From a virus (lineage: Duplodnaviria; Caudoviricetes), in IMG/VR virus record IMGVR_UViG_3300022723_000216, positions 1 through 58,253 of that record: a stretch of 58,253 nt of DNA, one strand, 5' to 3'. Under the pieces are notes generated by a model that was not told the origin of the DNA, did not search any database, and worked only from the letters and a program-made list of their open reading frames with translations. Position 1 is the stretch's first letter; each line of letters opens with the position of its first letter. Both the position numbers and the translations under genes were made by a program. Shown one piece after another: positions 55,243-58,253 of the stretch.

Positions 55243-55469
55243 GATGCCACCTCGCGTCGTTGGCGGATCTCGGCCGTGGCCCGATCGATTTCTTCGGGCG
55301 TCGGCGTATAGGGGACCGGGCTCACGCCGCGGCCGTCGACGATCGCCTTGGCCACCTTCAGGTGCGCCAGCGCCTCGCGATAGCGCGGGGCGTACGAAGC
55401 GGCCATCGCGCGCTTCGTCTCGTCGATCGCGTCTTGGATGAACTGGCTGAGGATCTCGGAATGGTTCAT
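55239..55469 (-). CDS. Hypothetical protein
   Basis: 76 aa; coupled overlaps. Confidence 0.6.
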   Translation of the reverse strand: MNHSEILSQFIQDAIDETKRAMAASYAPRYREALAHLKVAKAIVDGRGVSPVPYTPTPEEIDRATAEIRQRREVAS

Positions 55470-55660
55470 CTGGCCTTGCTGCTGTTTGGTTGGCGGGTGG
55501 TGGCCTTCTGGCCGGCGGAGTGCTTGCTCTTGACAGGCCGGTAACCGATGAAGCCGCCGCACTGATGGCACGTCACGCGGACGACCTTGCCGACAGTTTC
55601 CTCGCGCCACAGCTCCGGCATGTGGTGCAGGCGGGCACACTCTGGACGGGCGTCGGCCAC
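55466..55660 (-). CDS. Small Zn-finger-like hypothetical protein
   Basis: AAAGGA RBS; CHQCGGFIGY. Confidence 0.55.
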   Translation of the reverse strand: MADARPECARLHHMPELWREETVGKVVRVTCHQCGGFIGYRPVKSKHSAGQKATTRQPNSSKAR

Positions 55661-55777
55661 GGCTATCCTTTCTCGGTGCACAGGTAACAGGGGATCAGGT
55701 AGTCGGGGTGCACGACGGAGGCTCCGCAGCCGTCGACCGCGGTGTTCCACCAATCCGGCCCTCCACTGACTTCTGCA

Positions 55778-56956
55778 TCACGGCGCCCTCCGGACAATGC
55801 GCAGCTTTCCCATCAGCACGTTGCCGTTGGCGATGACGGCTCCGCCTGGACCGCTGCCGGTGGTCGCACCGAGCACCGTGATCGATAGACCGGGCTGTCC
55901 CTGGTCGATGTCGAACTTGCGGCTGTCGTCGACGTCGTCGAAGCCCTCGATGCGCAGCGTGCAGTTTTCGACGATGATGGAGCTCTTGCCGCCCGGCGAT
56001 TCCTTGGGGTTGATCTCGCCGCCGTAGTAGTCGGTGATGGCCGCCACCCGCGGCTTGGCGTTGCCGGTGATGTCGCTGCCCTTGCCGCGCAGGATGATCG
56101 TCGTGTTCTTGACGACTAGCGTGCCGCCGCGCACGGCGATGCCGAAGCAGCCGGCGGCCACTGCGCCGTGATACCGCGTTCCGCCGTCCCGGTCAGTATC
56201 GACCGTAATCGTGCTGTCGCGGATCTCGATGTGCTGGCCGTCGACGCCGCTCGAGTTGCCGAGCGTAATCCCCTGCCGGCAGGTTTCGATCTCGCCGTCG
56301 TCGAACAGCAGCCGGTTGCCTGGTTCCGCCCACGAGTAGAGGCCCCACATGCGGCCGACCAGCCGCACGCGGCGCAGGACAGCGTCGGCCGGCCCGTCGC
56401 GCGGCGGCAGCTCATCGCGCTTGGCTCCGTCGTTGCGGGCGAACCCGGCCACCCCGCTGGACTGCTTGCCGTTGTTATGGTCGGGGTTGCCGTCGACCAG
56501 CGTGATGTCTTCGATGACGGTGTTTCCGTAAAGCTCCCACAGGCAGCCGGCGGCCGCCTCGGCGTTGCGATTGATGAGCGTCGTCTGGTCCATGCCCTGG
56601 CCGCGGAGCGTGACCCCATCGCGGCAGGCGATCATGCCCAGGGCCGACACGTCGACACCGCCGACGGACTTGATGTCGATCACGTCGCCGGGCTGGGCGT
56701 CGGCTAGTGCGCGCCGGTACTGGGGGCCGTTGTCGACTTCGTACACGATGGCCGCCTGGCCGCGGGCCTGTTGTACCCGTACAGCCACGATCAGGATGGC
56801 CGCGGCTACCAGCATCCACCACACGACGTCCAGGACGCGGGCCCGGCGCTTGGCGCGCCGTCGCCGGCGGATGCGCTCGGCGTCCTCGTTGTACCTGGCG
56901 ACGGCGCTGGCGCGGGCGTCACGGATTGCTTCCAGGGGTTCTAGCGCTCGAATCAT
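55778..56956 (-). CDS. Membrane-anchored parallel beta-helix (pectin lyase-like) protein
   Basis: TM helix; ALADAQPGDVI, GVTLRGQG..TTL, VIEDITL repeats. Confidence 0.75.
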   Translation of the reverse strand: MIRALEPLEAIRDARASAVARYNEDAERIRRRRRAKRRARVLDVVWWMLVAAAILIVAVRVQQARGQAAIVYEVDNGPQYRRALADAQPGDVIDIKSVGGVDVSALGMIACRDGVTLRGQGMDQTTLINRNAEAAAGCLWELYGNTVIEDITLVDGNPDHNNGKQSSGVAGFARNDGAKRDELPPRDGPADAVLRRVRLVGRMWGLYSWAEPGNRLLFDDGEIETCRQGITLGNSSGVDGQHIEIRDSTITVDTDRDGGTRYHGAVAAGCFGIAVRGGTLVVKNTTIILRGKGSDITGNAKPRVAAITDYYGGEINPKESPGGKSSIIVENCTLRIEGFDDVDDSRKFDIDQGQPGLSITVLGATTGSGPGGAVIANGNVLMGKLRIVRRAP

Positions 56957-57303
56957 GATAGGTCCTCCAGGTATTTGAACTCGATACGATTGATTGGGTC
57001 GCGCGGGCCGCAGTTGTTCAGCCGCATGAACATCAACACGAACTCGGCCGGCGACTTGCCGGGAAAGCCCTCGCGTACGACGTCGTCGGGCTTGATCGCG
57101 CATAATGGCTCGCGGCGGTTGGACACGCATTCGAGCAGCACGATGTGCTCGATTCGTTCGCCCTTCTTGAGCCCCTGGCACTTGACGCAGGCCCAGAACC
57201 GATCGCCGGGCTTGAGAAACCGCCAGCCCTTGCGGCGCGTGACGTCCTTCGTCCGGTCGCGGATCTGCTGCGTCGTCGCTGCGAAGCTCATGTTGCGTGG
57301 CAT
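56953..57303 (-). CDS. ASCH domain protein
   Basis: TKDVTRRKGW..LKPGD...DDVVREGF. Confidence 0.85.
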   Translation of the reverse strand: MPRNMSFAATTQQIRDRTKDVTRRKGWRFLKPGDRFWACVKCQGLKKGERIEHIVLLECVSNRREPLCAIKPDDVVREGFPGKSPAEFVLMFMRLNNCGPRDPINRIEFKYLEDLS

Positions 57304-57373
57304 GGTTGGTCCGTGGTCATGTTAGGGGCCCTCCGATGCTTGTCGTTGATGAGCTGCTCGATGCGTTCGTTGC

Positions 57374-57586
57374 TCATGCCAGTCTCCATTTCTTCCGCCT
57401 GTCGCGGCACCTGCCGGCCAGCACGACCAGCCCGGCCCGGGTGAGCCGGCAGCGCGCCCCGCGCACGGTCGACGGCGGCACGTCGCGCAGGGCCCGCTCG
57501 AGCACGTCGCACGTCTCGATATGCCACGGCGTGGAAGCGGACAACACCGCCCCCATCCCGTTTGGCACGCCCTTGCCCTCATCCAT
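57374..57586 (-). CDS. Chimeric small ORF (duplicated segments of 5073-5800)
   Basis: Starts MDEGKGVPNGMG as at 5795 and ends VLERALRDVPPSTVRGAR as at 5250. Confidence 0.5.
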   Translation of the reverse strand: MDEGKGVPNGMGAVLSASTPWHIETCDVLERALRDVPPSTVRGARCRLTRAGLVVLAGRCRDRRKKWRLA

Positions 57587-57590
57587 GACG
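57550..57590. repeat. 41-bp exact dispersed repeat (other copy at 5759-5799)
   Basis: CCCCCATCCCGTTTGGCACGCCCTTGCCCTCATCCATGACG. Confidence 0.92.
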
Positions 57591-57610
57591 AAACTCCTTT
57601 CAACGCCGGC

Positions 57611-57703
57611 TCAGCCGGCTCTAGACCCCAGAATCGTCAGGACGGCGCAACCGCCGGCACCGCAGAACAGGTCGAGCAGTCTTGGATTGCGTTCGCTTAT
57701 CAC
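57611..57703 (-). pseudogene. N-terminal stub of a C5-cytosine DNA methyltransferase
   Basis: [30 protein letters not shown] (motif I only); GTGA overlap. Confidence 0.75.
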
Positions 57704-58253
57704 GTACTCAACTCCGTCGCCTTCCGCACACACTCCAGCGGTGGCCACGCATCAATCCATTCCAAAACGATCTTGCTAAACTGGCTCGTCGCCGGCGTGT
57801 CGCCTTTCTTGATCGCCAGGAAGAACCGCTCCGCTGGACGGTCGACATCCGGCTTGAGCGTTTCGATCTCCTGGTAGTTGCAATGCCGCACGTTGGCAAT
57901 CGTGCCCACCAGGCAGGCACACTCCCCTTCGTATTGCGAGCCGTCAATGCGGCCCTCGATCACCGCTTGTCGCAGACCCTCGACTTCCACGGGAGCACTC
58001 GACAGCACCGCCCAGAAGTCATCACGGATCGGCGTCAGGTTGGCGCCTCGCAGGTAGGCGTCTTGCAGGTAGGCGCCTCGCAGGTAGGCGCCTTGCAGGT
58101 TGGCGCCTCGCAGGTTGGCGTCTTGCAGGTCGGCGCCTCGCAGGTCGGCGCCTCGCAGGTCGGCGCCTTGCAGGTAGGCGCCTTGCAGGTTGGCGCCTCG
58201 CAGGTTGGCGTCTTGCAGGTAGGCGACTTGCAGGTCGGCGCCTCGCAGGTAGG
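57700..58253 (-). CDS. Pentapeptide-repeat protein, 3' part
   Basis: 15-bp repeats at 58036-58253 encoding A(D/N/Y)L(R/Q)(G/D); C-terminal domain [18 protein letters not shown]. Confidence 0.9.
   Translation of the reverse strand, partial: YLRGADLQVAYLQDANLRGANLQGAYLQGADLRGADLRGADLQDANLRGANLQGAYLRGAYLQDAYLRGANLTPIRDDFWAVLSSAPVEVEGLRQAVIEGRIDGSQYEGECACLVGTIANVRHCNYQEIETLKPDVDRPAERFFLAIKKGDTPATSQFSKIVLEWIDAWPPLECVRKATELST

Noticed and set aside
58036-58253. 15-bp tandem repeats as a CRISPR array or terminal repeat
   Set aside because: No spacers; they encode pentapeptide repeats in frame.

Overview
The window looks like an essentially complete, circularly permuted ~58 kb GC-rich siphophage genome with a lambda-like gene order. 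Both ends fall inside one pentapeptide-repeat gene. The host is probably a planctomycete, inferred from a Planctomycete-type N-terminal motif, CsrA, a HARE-HTH fragment and a peptidase-MA family gene. Almost all genes are on the - strand: tRNA-Met/CsrA/recombination, ThyX, initiator + DnaB, RuvC, a sigma-region-4 protein, a peptidase/thioredoxin block, a sialidase, a ParB-methylase, terminase, portal, S49 protease, capsid, tail and tape measure. I see no integrase or CI-type repressor. Two intact IS elements (IS256 and IS1595 families) interrupt the same gene. The main finding is a stand-alone + strand module between terminase and portal. It has its own promoter, a 430-aa Cas12f/TnpB-like protein whose RuvC centre appears destroyed and truncated, and a CRISPR array of four identical 36-bp fully hairpin repeats plus a degenerate fifth, with no cas1/cas2. 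It is a candidate phage-encoded, nuclease-dead RNA-guided DNA binder. The second finding is a Cys-rich tail-region protein with a 66-residue Thr/Ser tract, translationally coupled to GT6 and GT2 glycosyltransferases, suggesting a glycosylated mucin-like virion appendage. All calls come from manual motif recognition; no database searches were run.
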